Assembly: GCA_035632695.1 (NCBI GenBank) | Contig: DASQGG010000027.1 | Span: forward strand, 2,073 to 66,072 | DNA length: 64,000 bases | Reading direction: 5' to 3' | Source of the DNA: Thermoplasmata archaeon | Lineage (GTDB): Archaea > Thermoplasmatota > Thermoplasmata > RBG-16-68-12 | Position numbers and translations under genes: made by a program | Notes under the pieces: model-generated | Told to the model about the DNA's origin: nothing | The model's database searches: none | The model's input: only the letters and a program-made list of their open reading frames with translations | In this document: positions 1 to 8,019 of the stretch, piece by piece | Layout of the letters: the number at the start of each line of letters is the position of its first letter | Position numbering within the stretch: the stretch's first letter is position 1

Positions 1-1
1 G

Positions 2-469
2 ATCCCCCACGACCTCGTGCTCACGGGCGTCCAGTCGGACGATCTCGTGAACTCCGCGAGCGGTGCACTCCTCGCGTCCCGCCTCGGCTTGCCCCACGTG
101 AGCGTCGCGACGAAGGTCGAGCTCCAAGGCGGCGGCATCGAGGTGTGGAGCGAGCTGGAGGGCGGCCTCTCCCGGCGCTACCGCGCTCCGCTCCCCGCGG
201 CCGTGTCGATCCAGTTCGGGGCCAACGTGCCCCGGTATGCGCCTCTCCCCGCGATCATGAAGGCTTCGCGGCAGCCGATCAAGGAGATCGCCCCCGCGGC
301 CCTCGGGGTGGCGAGCTGGGACGCGCTCGCGGTGCCCTATGCCTTTGCGATCCGCAGGCTCTCGCCGCCCGAGGCGAAGGGCCACGCGACGATGATCACG
401 GGGAGCGCCGAGGAGCAGGCGAAGAAGCTCGCCCAGATGCTCCGCGAAAAGGGCTTCGTGCGGAGGTGA
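2..469 (+). CDS. etfB: Electron transfer flavoprotein beta subunit, C-terminal part; the gene continues upstream of the window
   Basis: The reading frame is open from base 2. It carries the DLVLTG-QSDD motif and the ETF-beta C-terminal region, and etfA starts 4 nt after its stop. Confidence 0.8.
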   Translation: MPHDLVLTGVQSDDLVNSASGALLASRLGLPHVSVATKVELQGGGIEVWSELEGGLSRRYRAPLPAAVSIQFGANVPRYAPLPAIMKASRQPIKEIAPAALGVASWDALAVPYAFAIRRLSPPEAKGHATMITGSAEEQAKKLAQMLREKGFVRR

Positions 470-473
470 GAAC

Positions 474-1442
474 GTGGGCAAGGACATTCTCATCCTGGCG
501 GAGCACCTCGAGGGGAAGCTCGCCCCCTCGACCCTGGAGCTTGTCGCGAAGGGACGCGAGCTCGCTTCCCAGTCCGGTGGCGTAGCGAGGGCCGCCCTCT
601 TGGGTCACGGCGCCGGGGGCCTCGCGCAGACCATGGCCGGGTACGGACTCCCGGTCCTCCACATCGACGATCCCGCGCTCGCGGAGTACACGGACGACGG
701 ATACGGTCAGGCACTCCGGAGCCTGGTCGAGTCGAACGGACCGCGGATTGTGCTCGTCGCGCACACGGCCCAGGGCTACGACGTCGCCCCCGGCCTCGCC
801 GGTGCGATGGATCTCCCCCTGGCGTCCAACTGCATCGACGTGCGCCTCGAAGGCCAGAAGCTTGTCGTCGTGCGACGCTTGCTCAACGAGAAGATCCAGG
901 GGGAGTTCGAGCTCGCCTCCGAGAAGCCGTACGTGGTGACGCTTCGCCCCGGCACGGCGAAGCCCGCGGAGCCCGCGCCGGGCGGCAGTGTGATCCCCAC
1001 GCCGATTTCGATCGAGACGTCGAAGATCCGGACCGTGTTCCTGGGCATCGAACGGCCTCAGGTCTCCGACATCGACATCGCCGCAGCAGATGTGATCGTC
1101 TCCGCGGGCCGCGGCATCCAGAAGAAGGAGAACCTTCCCATGGTCGAGGAGTTCGCGAAGCTCCTCGGGGGCGTCGTCGGCGCCTCCCGCCCGCTGACCG
1201 ACATGGAATGGCTCCCGAAGACACGGCAGGTCGGTCAGAGCGGGAAGACCGTGCGGCCCAAGCTCTACGTCGCGTGCGGGATCAGCGGCGCGATGCAGCA
1301 CGTCGCGGGGATGAAGGACGCCGGTCTGATCGTCGCGATTAACACGGACCCCAGCGCGCCGATCTTCGAAGTCGCCCATGTCGGGATTGTGGGGAACGTG
1401 CTCCAGATCCTTCCCCTGGCGATCAAGGATCTCAAGGGTTGA
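474..1442 (+). CDS. etfA: Electron transfer flavoprotein alpha subunit (FixB family)
   Basis: Full-length ETF-alpha-like protein with the C-terminal FAD-binding signature PKLYVACGISGAMQH. It uses a GTG start immediately after etfB. Confidence 0.9.
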   Translation: MGKDILILAEHLEGKLAPSTLELVAKGRELASQSGGVARAALLGHGAGGLAQTMAGYGLPVLHIDDPALAEYTDDGYGQALRSLVESNGPRIVLVAHTAQGYDVAPGLAGAMDLPLASNCIDVRLEGQKLVVVRRLLNEKIQGEFELASEKPYVVTLRPGTAKPAEPAPGGSVIPTPISIETSKIRTVFLGIERPQVSDIDIAAADVIVSAGRGIQKKENLPMVEEFAKLLGGVVGASRPLTDMEWLPKTRQVGQSGKTVRPKLYVACGISGAMQHVAGMKDAGLIVAINTDPSAPIFEVAHVGIVGNVLQILPLAIKDLKG

Positions 1443-1542
1443 AGCCCCCGGCGACCGCCCGTAGCGTTCATCCAGATGCACAGACCCTAATCGTGATCGT
1501 GCGATGAGACCGCGGATTCAAGCAAGGACATGGTCCCGAAAT

Positions 1543-1560
1543 CAACCTTGTTTAAGGTTG
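1543..1560. promoter_or_regulatory. 18 bp palindrome CAACCTTGTTTAAGGTTG upstream of phhB
   Basis: Perfect 7 bp arms with an AT-rich centre (TTTAA). Lies 56 nt upstream of the phhB start and 100 nt downstream of etfA. Confidence 0.3.
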
Positions 1561-1615
1561 CATCGGACGACCGCGAAACCTTTTCTCCCGTGGTGCCCTC
1601 CGTGGCTCGCAGCCC

Positions 1616-1903
1616 ATGGCTCGTCGTCGGCTTCTGTCCGAGAGTGAGGTCCGCGCACGCCTCGCCGAAATCCCAACGTGGAAGCGTCAGGGCAAGCGAA
1701 TCGTGCGGGCGTGGACCTTCAAGGATTTTCCCGAAGCCCTCGCGTTCATCAATCGCGTCGGGCGACTCGCCGAGGAGGCGAACCACCACCCCGACATCGA
1801 AAACTCATGGGCCACGGTCACCCTGAGCCTCACCACGCACGATGCGCGCGGACTCACGGATCGTGATTTCGACCTCGCGCGGAAGATTGACGGTCTGTCG
1901 TGA
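1616..1903 (+). CDS. phhB: Pterin-4a-carbinolamine dehydratase
   Basis: 95 aa protein with the EEANHHPD signature of the PCD/DCoH family. Confidence 0.8.
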   Translation: MARRRLLSESEVRARLAEIPTWKRQGKRIVRAWTFKDFPEALAFINRVGRLAEEANHHPDIENSWATVTLSLTTHDARGLTDRDFDLARKIDGLS

Positions 1904-1920
1904 CGCGGCCCGACGGAATT

Positions 1921-1960
1921 TTCGACCGTTGTACAAGAACTTCGACCGTCGTACAAGATT
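1921..1960. repeat. Perfect-period tandem direct repeat (2 x 20 bp), each unit containing a palindromic core (TTGTACAA / TCGTACAA)
   Basis: TTCGACCGTTGTACAAGAAC then TTCGACCGTCGTACAAGATT. Lies 55 nt upstream of the sequon-rich small protein gene. Confidence 0.45.
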
Positions 1961-2015
1961 CCTTAAGGTCAAGGGCTCCGGTCCGCGCTCGCCCAAACAA
2001 CTGGAGGGGCGAAGA

Positions 2016-2462
2016 ATGCGGAAGGCAAGGTATGTTGCGGTCGCGATTGTCGCGGCGCTAGCTTTGCTCGTAGGAGTCTTCGCTTATCCTGTGGTGGCCG
2101 GGATTCATCCCCTCGCGGCCGGCACCGGAACGCCGGCGACCGCGGGCCACTCCAGGACGGCGGACGACTCCCCGGGCAACGAAACGAACGAAACGGAAAC
2201 GGGCGACCACCAGGTCAATGAAACGGAGAACGAGACGGGTTCGGCCCCGTCCGGCTCGGACGTCAACGACACGGAGAACGACACGGGAAGCGTCTCCGGC
2301 GACCAGGGTGCGACCGGCTCGGGCGAGGACGGTTCGAGTGGCGCGTCGGGCGTCGATGTCTCGGCGATCGAGAACTCGATCGTGTCTGCGACGGACTCTC
2401 TCGCGGCCGAGCTCGTCTCGGGTGCACGACTTGTGGTCTCGGCGAGCTTGAGCTCGCTCTGA
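2016..2462 (+). CDS. Small secreted or membrane-anchored acidic protein rich in N-glycosylation sequons
   Basis: The internal ATG at 2016 is preceded by a GGAGGGG Shine-Dalgarno. An N-terminal hydrophobic signal/anchor (VAVAIVAALALLVGVFA) is followed by a D/E/S/T-rich region with about 7 N-x-S/T sequons (NETNETE, NETENETG, NDTENDTG). Confidence 0.5.
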   Translation: MRKARYVAVAIVAALALLVGVFAYPVVAGIHPLAAGTGTPATAGHSRTADDSPGNETNETETGDHQVNETENETGSAPSGSDVNDTENDTGSVSGDQGATGSGEDGSSGASGVDVSAIENSIVSATDSLAAELVSGARLVVSASLSSL

Positions 2463-2502
2463 GGTGCATCACCGCTCCGACCGAGAACGGCTGCACGAAG
2501 CG

Positions 2503-2547
2503 ATAGGGGATCGCCCTCCCATCCGGCAGTCCCCTATACGGATTTTT
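2503..2547 (+). terminator. Hairpin (8 bp stem ATAGGGGA/TCCCCTAT) followed by a T5 tract between convergent genes
   Basis: An inverted repeat at 2503..2510 / 2530..2537 overlaps the stop of the minus-strand Fe-S oxidoreductase. GATTTTT follows at 2540..2547. The signal is on the plus-strand transcript. Confidence 0.35.
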
Positions 2548-4630
2548 CCAGAATCTCCGCGATGTCCATCCGCGCGAGGTCTTCGCGGTTCTTCGTCTTC
2601 GCCGCGTCGTCGAACATGATCAGGCAGTACGGGCACGCGGACGCCACGGTCTTGGCGCCCGTCTCCATCACTTGGTCGAGGCGGTGGTGGTTCACCTTCT
2701 CCCCGACCTTCTCCTCCATCCACATCCTCGCGCCGCCCGCGCCGCAGCAGAACCCGCGGTCGCGGCACATCTTCATCTCCACGCTCCGCACCCCGGGCAG
2801 CCGCAGGAGGACGTCCCTCGGCTCGTCGTACACCTTGTTGTACCGACCCAGGTAGCAGGCGTCGTGGAACGTGAGGAATTCCTCGACGTCCTTCGTGGGC
2901 GTGAGCTTGCCTTCCTTGAGGAGTCCATCGAGGAAGACGGAGTGGTGGACGACCTCATACTTCCCGCCGAAGTCGGGATACTCGTTCTTCAGTGTGTTGA
3001 AGCAGTGGGGGCACGCGGTCACGATCGTCTTGATCGCGTATCGGTTCAGCGTCTCCACGTTCGCCTTGATCATCATCTGCGCGCGGAACTCGTCTCCGAG
3101 CCGCCGGGCGGGGTCGCCCGTGCATTTCTCCTCAGGTCCCAGGATGGCGAACTGCACCCCCGCCTTCTGGAGGAGACGGGAAAACGATTGGGCGACCTTC
3201 ATGTTCCGGTCGTCGAACGAGGCCGCGCAGCCCACCCAGTACAGGACGTCGACCGTCTCGCCCGCCGCAACGACCTCGGAGAGGGTCCTCACGCCCACCT
3301 CGGCGGCCCAATTCCCCCGCCGGTCCCACCCGATCCCCCATGGGTTGTAGTTCGTCTCGATGTTCCGCAGCATGGCCTGGGTCTCCTCAGGCATCTTCCC
3401 GATCTCCAGGACGAAGTTGCGGCGCAGCTCGACGATCAGGGGCACGTGGCGGATGGAGACGGGGCACTCCTGCATGCAGGCCATGCACGTCGTGCAATCG
3501 AAGAGCTCCTCATACCCGACGAACTCCGGGAGCGGTTCGCCGAGGGGCTTCTTCCGTGCCTCCCGGACCATGGCGTCCCGCAGGTCGAGGACCACGTGCA
3601 TGGGGTCCAGCGGTTTGCCCGTGCTCCACGCCGGACACACGGACGTGCAACGGCCGCAGATCGTGCAGGCGTCGAGCTGGAGCCGGTCGAACCAGGAGAG
3701 GGCCTTCGTGGAGGCCGCTCCGAGCTTGGGCGGCGCGGCGCCCTCCTGCATCATCACATCGATGTCGAAGTCCTTGGGCAGGTGACCGTAGGGCTCCGCG
3801 GTCTCGTAGAACGTCCGCGCGGGGCTGAACAGGAAGTGGCTGGCCTTCGTCCACGGCAGGGTCGCCAGGACGAACGACCAGGTGCCCGCGTGGAACCACC
3901 AGAGGGCGCCGTACGCCCAGCCCAGCGCGGGCGCCGGGGTGATCGTGACCGCGGCCGACGTGACCGTAACCGTCACGAGGCTCCCGTTCACGCCCGCGGC
4001 GCGGAGGAGGAGCGACAGCCCGTACCCGACGAAGGACCATTCCTCCCACTGGGGCTGGAGGACCGCGAGCCGGATCGCCTCGAGCAGGTACCCTTGGAGG
4101 ATGAGGAGGCACAGGACGCCGGGCAGGAACAGGTCCGGCCGCTCGTTCCGAAGATACTTCGGCCGCTGGGCGAGCCGGCGGAAGAACACCATGCCGAGCC
4201 CGACGAGGAAGGCGAGCCCCATGAAGTCCAGGGCCACCTTGAAGATCAGGTACGGGTTGCCGCGGAGGATGTCCAGGTTCACGTGGGACGTCACATCGAG
4301 GTTCACGGCGACGATCGTGGTGCCGATGCCGAGGGCGATGAAGCCCGTGTAGAGCAGGATGTGCATGACGCCCGCGTACCGCCGCCGGGCGACCTTCTTC
4401 TGGAAGAGGGCGATGACCAGAAGCCGCTGGACGTGGAGCCAAAGGGACGCGCCCGTGCTGCCCGCGGCTCCGCGTTTCCAGATTCGCCAACGGTCCCAAA
4501 GGCCGTACGCTGTGATCAGGAGCGCGACGCCCGTGACGGCGTAGATCGCGAACAGGGTCCAGTCCGGGAGGAAGTTGAAGTTCGTCCGGCACGGAAGGGT
4601 TCCGGTGGGGTCGCAGGCGGGGAGCGGCAT
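2534..4630 (-). CDS. Membrane-anchored Fe-S oxidoreductase with HdrD/GlpC-like CCG domains, likely ETF:quinone oxidoreductase-like
   Basis: About 6 N-terminal TM helices. Two 4Fe-4S ferredoxin motifs (CTICGRCTSVCP, CTTCMACMQECP). Two cysteine-rich CCG domains (VGCAASFDDR...CTGDP and HDACYLGRYN...CCGAGG). Lies convergent with etfBA. Confidence 0.8.
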   Translation of the reverse strand: MPLPACDPTGTLPCRTNFNFLPDWTLFAIYAVTGVALLITAYGLWDRWRIWKRGAAGSTGASLWLHVQRLLVIALFQKKVARRRYAGVMHILLYTGFIALGIGTTIVAVNLDVTSHVNLDILRGNPYLIFKVALDFMGLAFLVGLGMVFFRRLAQRPKYLRNERPDLFLPGVLCLLILQGYLLEAIRLAVLQPQWEEWSFVGYGLSLLLRAAGVNGSLVTVTVTSAAVTITPAPALGWAYGALWWFHAGTWSFVLATLPWTKASHFLFSPARTFYETAEPYGHLPKDFDIDVMMQEGAAPPKLGAASTKALSWFDRLQLDACTICGRCTSVCPAWSTGKPLDPMHVVLDLRDAMVREARKKPLGEPLPEFVGYEELFDCTTCMACMQECPVSIRHVPLIVELRRNFVLEIGKMPEETQAMLRNIETNYNPWGIGWDRRGNWAAEVGVRTLSEVVAAGETVDVLYWVGCAASFDDRNMKVAQSFSRLLQKAGVQFAILGPEEKCTGDPARRLGDEFRAQMMIKANVETLNRYAIKTIVTACPHCFNTLKNEYPDFGGKYEVVHHSVFLDGLLKEGKLTPTKDVEEFLTFHDACYLGRYNKVYDEPRDVLLRLPGVRSVEMKMCRDRGFCCGAGGARMWMEEKVGEKVNHHRLDQVMETGAKTVASACPYCLIMFDDAAKTKNREDLARMDIAEILEKSV

Positions 4631-4708
4631 TCCAGACTCCTACCTGGGGATCCTCGACGCCTCCGAGGGCCTCCGTAGACGCCCGCGCGACGAAGGTCGT
4701 GACGCTAT

Positions 4709-5437
4709 TTAATCTCGCGCGGCGGGCCGCGCCACCAAGACGAGCTTCCGCCGGTCCGGGGACACGGCCTCGCGGGCCCAACCGCCGTAGAGACCCTCCA
4801 CGGTCCATCCCGCGTCCTCCACGAGTCGCCGCGCCTCGTGGGGGGCCAGGAGTTTGAGCCGCGCGGACGACTCACCCCGGAATCGCAGATCGCTCCCCTC
4901 GCGCCGGTAGAAGCGCCAGCGGAGTCCGAGGACACCGGACAGGGCGTCGAAGGTCCGGAACTCGTGCTGCTCGAGATCGCCGACGACGTGGTAGGCGAAG
5001 GGCCGGGGGCGCGATGCGAAGAAGTCCCGGTGGAGGAAGTCCACCACGAGGACGCCGCCGGGGTTGAGGTGGCCGCGCAGGCGGGCAAGAAGATCTCGGT
5101 CGTCCTCGGGAGGCTCGCGGCTCAGGGCATGGTCCAGGCAGAGGACCGCGTCGAACCGCTCGGAGACCGGCGGGCCCGGCATGGTCTCCTTGGAGGCCGC
5201 GCGGTACGTGAGGCGCCCCTTCCATGCCGCGGGCACTCGTCGCTGCAAGGCGTCGATCGCGACCTCGTTGGCGTCCACGGCCGTGACCCGGAACCCGTGC
5301 TCCGCCAGGTCGAATGCCCGCCGGCCGATCCCGCAGGGCGCGTCGAGAATCCGCGCCCCCGCGGGAACGCCCACGGCGGCAAGGAAGCCCGCCAGCTCCT
5401 CGGTCTCCCGACCCGGCGAGTGACGTGTGGGCGGCAC
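4709..5437 (-). CDS. Class I SAM-dependent methyltransferase
   Basis: SAM-binding motif ILDAPCGIGRRA followed by an acidic motif-II region. Paralogous to the next gene. Confidence 0.7.
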   Translation of the reverse strand: MPPTRHSPGRETEELAGFLAAVGVPAGARILDAPCGIGRRAFDLAEHGFRVTAVDANEVAIDALQRRVPAAWKGRLTYRAASKETMPGPPVSERFDAVLCLDHALSREPPEDDRDLLARLRGHLNPGGVLVVDFLHRDFFASRPRPFAYHVVGDLEQHEFRTFDALSGVLGLRWRFYRREGSDLRFRGESSARLKLLAPHEARRLVEDAGWTVEGLYGGWAREAVSPDRRKLVLVARPAARD

Positions 5438-6268
5438 TCACTTCCTCCCGACGATGGCGAGGCTCGGGGCATCGAAGCTGGGGTCGTCCATCTTGAGCCC
5501 TCCGAAGGTCGCTTCCACCTGCCAGCCTCCGCGCTCGAACAGGGAACGGAGTTCATGGAGGCTGTAAATGCGGTGCTCGGCCCCGATCGCGGCGATTCCC
5601 TCGAGGTCCTCGTCCTTCTTGCGGAAGAACCGCCACCGGTTGCGCATCCAGGAGGCATCCAGATCGAGATGGCGGTCCTCGATGTGGACCAGGTCCCCGA
5701 ACTCCTCCCAGCCTTGGGGATCGAAATGACGCACGACCCAGTCCCGGTTCACGATGAACAGGACGAACAGCCCTCCGGGCCGGACCAGGTCCGCGTATCC
5801 GCGCAGGATCGCAGCGTCCGCGTCCTCGCCGTAGTAGCCCAAGGAGGTCCAAAGGTTGATTGCGGCATCGAACGGGCGTTCCTCCGGGGCGACGCTTCGG
5901 ACGAGGTCGCGCATGTCTCCCACGCGGTAGATCGCCCGGTCCGCGACGCCCTCCCGTTCCGCCAACTCCTGGGCCCGTCGCACGTACGCCGGAGACAGGT
6001 CCACGCCCAGGGTGCGGTAGCCCATCTTGGCCAGGCGCGTCGAGTGCCGACCGATGCCGCAGGGTACGTCCAGGATGCGTCCCCCCGTGGGAACCCCGAA
6101 GCGGTCGAAGAGGGCTTTGAGGTCCTGGGCCTGCCCCGCTCCTGCCTCCCATCCGTGCTCGTGGATGCGGAGGAAGATCTCGTCGTGGTCGAGGAAGAGC
6201 CTCGTCGTCCAGTGGTCCTCCGGCACGCGCCGGCGATGGCCGCTGCGCGTATAAGTCCGTGCGGACAC
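5438..6268 (-). CDS. Class I SAM-dependent methyltransferase, tandem paralog
   Basis: SAM motif ILDVPCGIGRHS. Alignable along its length with the 4709..5437 product (RWRFFRKKDEDL vs RWRFYRREGSDL). Confidence 0.7.
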   Translation of the reverse strand: MSARTYTRSGHRRRVPEDHWTTRLFLDHDEIFLRIHEHGWEAGAGQAQDLKALFDRFGVPTGGRILDVPCGIGRHSTRLAKMGYRTLGVDLSPAYVRRAQELAEREGVADRAIYRVGDMRDLVRSVAPEERPFDAAINLWTSLGYYGEDADAAILRGYADLVRPGGLFVLFIVNRDWVVRHFDPQGWEEFGDLVHIEDRHLDLDASWMRNRWRFFRKKDEDLEGIAAIGAEHRIYSLHELRSLFERGGWQVEATFGGLKMDDPSFDAPSLAIVGRK

Positions 6269-6277
6269 TTGCCATGG

Positions 6278-6760
6278 TCACGGCTTCGGTTTCGGGAAGG
6301 GCCGCACGATCCCCTTGGGGTCCTGCTCCCGGATGCGGCGGACGATTGCAGGCAAGTCGTCCGCGGCGTATGCCTCGTCGTAGGAGGCGGCCGGGAGATC
6401 CGGGAGTTCGTGCCCCGGAGCGATCACGATGAGGACGATCTCGGGCGAATGCTGGTCCAGGAACGCGGCGAGGAGGTCCCATCGGGGCGCCTGGCCGTCT
6501 GCCGTCTCGAGGGGCTCGATGAGGAACAGGATGGGTCCCCGCCGCGCGACGAGGTCGGGATCGTACTGGGCGAACTCGCCCGACGCGAGTCGAACGCGGA
6601 AGTGCAGGGACCGGTGTTCGTGGGCGACGCCCTGGGACCGCAGCTCCGCGCACAGGGCCGCCTCCAGGGTCGAGCGGCTCGCGTGCGGTTCTGGCGCGGC
6701 CACCACCTCACGCCGTCTGGAGGCGCTCCACGATGGCGGACGCGAAGGCGGTCGTGCCAA
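6278..6760 (-). CDS. Hypothetical protein; start uncertain because the annotated start overlaps icd
   Basis: ORF lying 9 nt upstream of the methyltransferase pair on the same strand. No recognisable family. The true start is probably internal (GTG/ATG) to avoid the icd overlap. Confidence 0.35.
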   Translation of the reverse strand: MARPPSRPPSWSASRRREVVAAPEPHASRSTLEAALCAELRSQGVAHEHRSLHFRVRLASGEFAQYDPDLVARRGPILFLIEPLETADGQAPRWDLLAAFLDQHSPEIVLIVIAPGHELPDLPAASYDEAYAADDLPAIVRRIREQDPKGIVRPFPKPKP

Positions 6761-7964
6761 CCTGCTTGGACCCGGGCATCTGCCGCGCGAGGTCGTACGT
6801 GACGACCTTGGCGCCGATGGTCGCCTTGACGGCCTCGCGTAGGCGGGTGGCGGCCTCGTTCCAACCCATGTACTCGAGCATCATGACCCCGGCGAGGATC
6901 TCCGCGGTCGGGTTGACCTTGTCCATCCCCGCGTACTTCGGCGCGCTGCCGTGGATGGGCTCGAAGAGCGCGTGCGCGTCCCCGATGTTCGCGCCCGGGG
7001 CGACGCCGAGCCCGCCGACTTGGGCCGCGGCGGCGTCGCTCAGGTAGTCCCCGTTCAGGTTCGTCGTCGCGAGGACGTCGTACTCGTCGGGTCGGAGGAG
7101 GAGCTGCTGGAACATGTTGTCCGCGATCACATCCTTGATCAGGACCTTCCCCTCCGGGACCTTGCCGTCGTGCGTCTCCTGGACCTCCTGCCAGGAAACC
7201 GTGTCGTTGGGGAACTCCGTCCGCGCGAGCTCGTAGCCCCACTCGCGGAAGGCGCCCTCCGTGTACTTCATGATGTTCCCCTTGTGGACCAGGGTCACGG
7301 AGCGACGGCGGTTCTCGATCGCGTACCGAATCGCTTTCCGGATCAGGCGTTTGGACTCGAACTCGCTGATAGGCTTCAAGCCGATGCCGCTGTCCTCCCG
7401 TACGTGGACGTTGAACTGATCCTTGAGCGTCCCGATCAACCGCTTCGCCTCCGGGGAGCCCTTGGCCCACTCGATGCCCGCGTACACGTCCTCCTCGGCC
7501 TCCCGGTAGATCACGATGTCGAGCCGCTCCGGGTGGGTCACGGGGCTGGGCACGCCCGGCATCCAGTAAATCGGCCGGACGTTCGCGTACAGGTCCAGGG
7601 TCTGCCGCAGGGTCACGTTGAGGGAGCGGAACCCTCCGCCCACGGGCGTCGTGAGCGGCCCCTTGAGCGCGATCACATACTCCCTGATCGCCGCGAGTGT
7701 CGCGGCGGGCAACATGTCCCCATAGCGAAACAGGGCGGTCTCCCCCGCGGGCACCGGGTACCACGCGATTCGCCGCCGACCGTGGAACGTGGTCTCGACC
7801 GCGGCGTCGACGACCGTGCGCGCGGCCCTCGTCACGTCGGGTCCGATGCCATCTCCCTCGATGAGCGGGATGATCGGATCGTCCGGGATGCGGAGGCCCG
7901 CCTCCGTGATCAGGATCTTGTGGCCCTGGGACGGGGGCGTCAGCTTGAGGGATTCGATGGGCAC
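6708..7964 (-). CDS. icd: Isocitrate dehydrogenase (NADP)
   Basis: 418 aa of the IDH/IMDH family with the SLNVTLRQTLDLYANVRP signature typical of NADP-IDH. Confidence 0.9.
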   Translation of the reverse strand: MPIESLKLTPPSQGHKILITEAGLRIPDDPIIPLIEGDGIGPDVTRAARTVVDAAVETTFHGRRRIAWYPVPAGETALFRYGDMLPAATLAAIREYVIALKGPLTTPVGGGFRSLNVTLRQTLDLYANVRPIYWMPGVPSPVTHPERLDIVIYREAEEDVYAGIEWAKGSPEAKRLIGTLKDQFNVHVREDSGIGLKPISEFESKRLIRKAIRYAIENRRRSVTLVHKGNIMKYTEGAFREWGYELARTEFPNDTVSWQEVQETHDGKVPEGKVLIKDVIADNMFQQLLLRPDEYDVLATTNLNGDYLSDAAAAQVGGLGVAPGANIGDAHALFEPIHGSAPKYAGMDKVNPTAEILAGVMMLEYMGWNEAATRLREAVKATIGAKVVTYDLARQMPGSKQVGTTAFASAIVERLQTA

Positions 7965-8019
7965 GGGATCGCCGCCTCGGCAACGAGGGCGCGTTTCTTA
8001 ATGCTACCGTGTGACGCGG

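Noticed and set aside
396-1481. 361 aa minus-strand ORF antisense to etfA, and similar long antisense ORFs throughout the window (for example 2672..4678 +, 3510..4808 -, 4838..6802 +, 6424..7983 -, 6951..8165 +, 8011..9204 +, 9883..11223 +, 12010..13635 +, 16887..18269 -, 17003..18331 +, 42287..44152 -, 44584..46035 +, 47858..49888 +, 54830..56794 +, 58608..59831 -, 61223..62551 -)
   Set aside because: These are shadow ORFs typical of high-GC DNA. Their translations are Arg/Pro/Gly/Ala-rich low-complexity strings with no family signatures, and each overlaps a gene with clear homology on the other strand or frame.
2503-2537. Possibility that the ATAGGGGA/TCCCCTAT inverted repeat is a protein-binding operator rather than a terminator
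   Set aside because: It lies between two convergent gene ends, overlaps a stop codon and is followed by a T5 tract. A terminator reading is more parsimonious, although archaeal termination mainly needs the T-tract.
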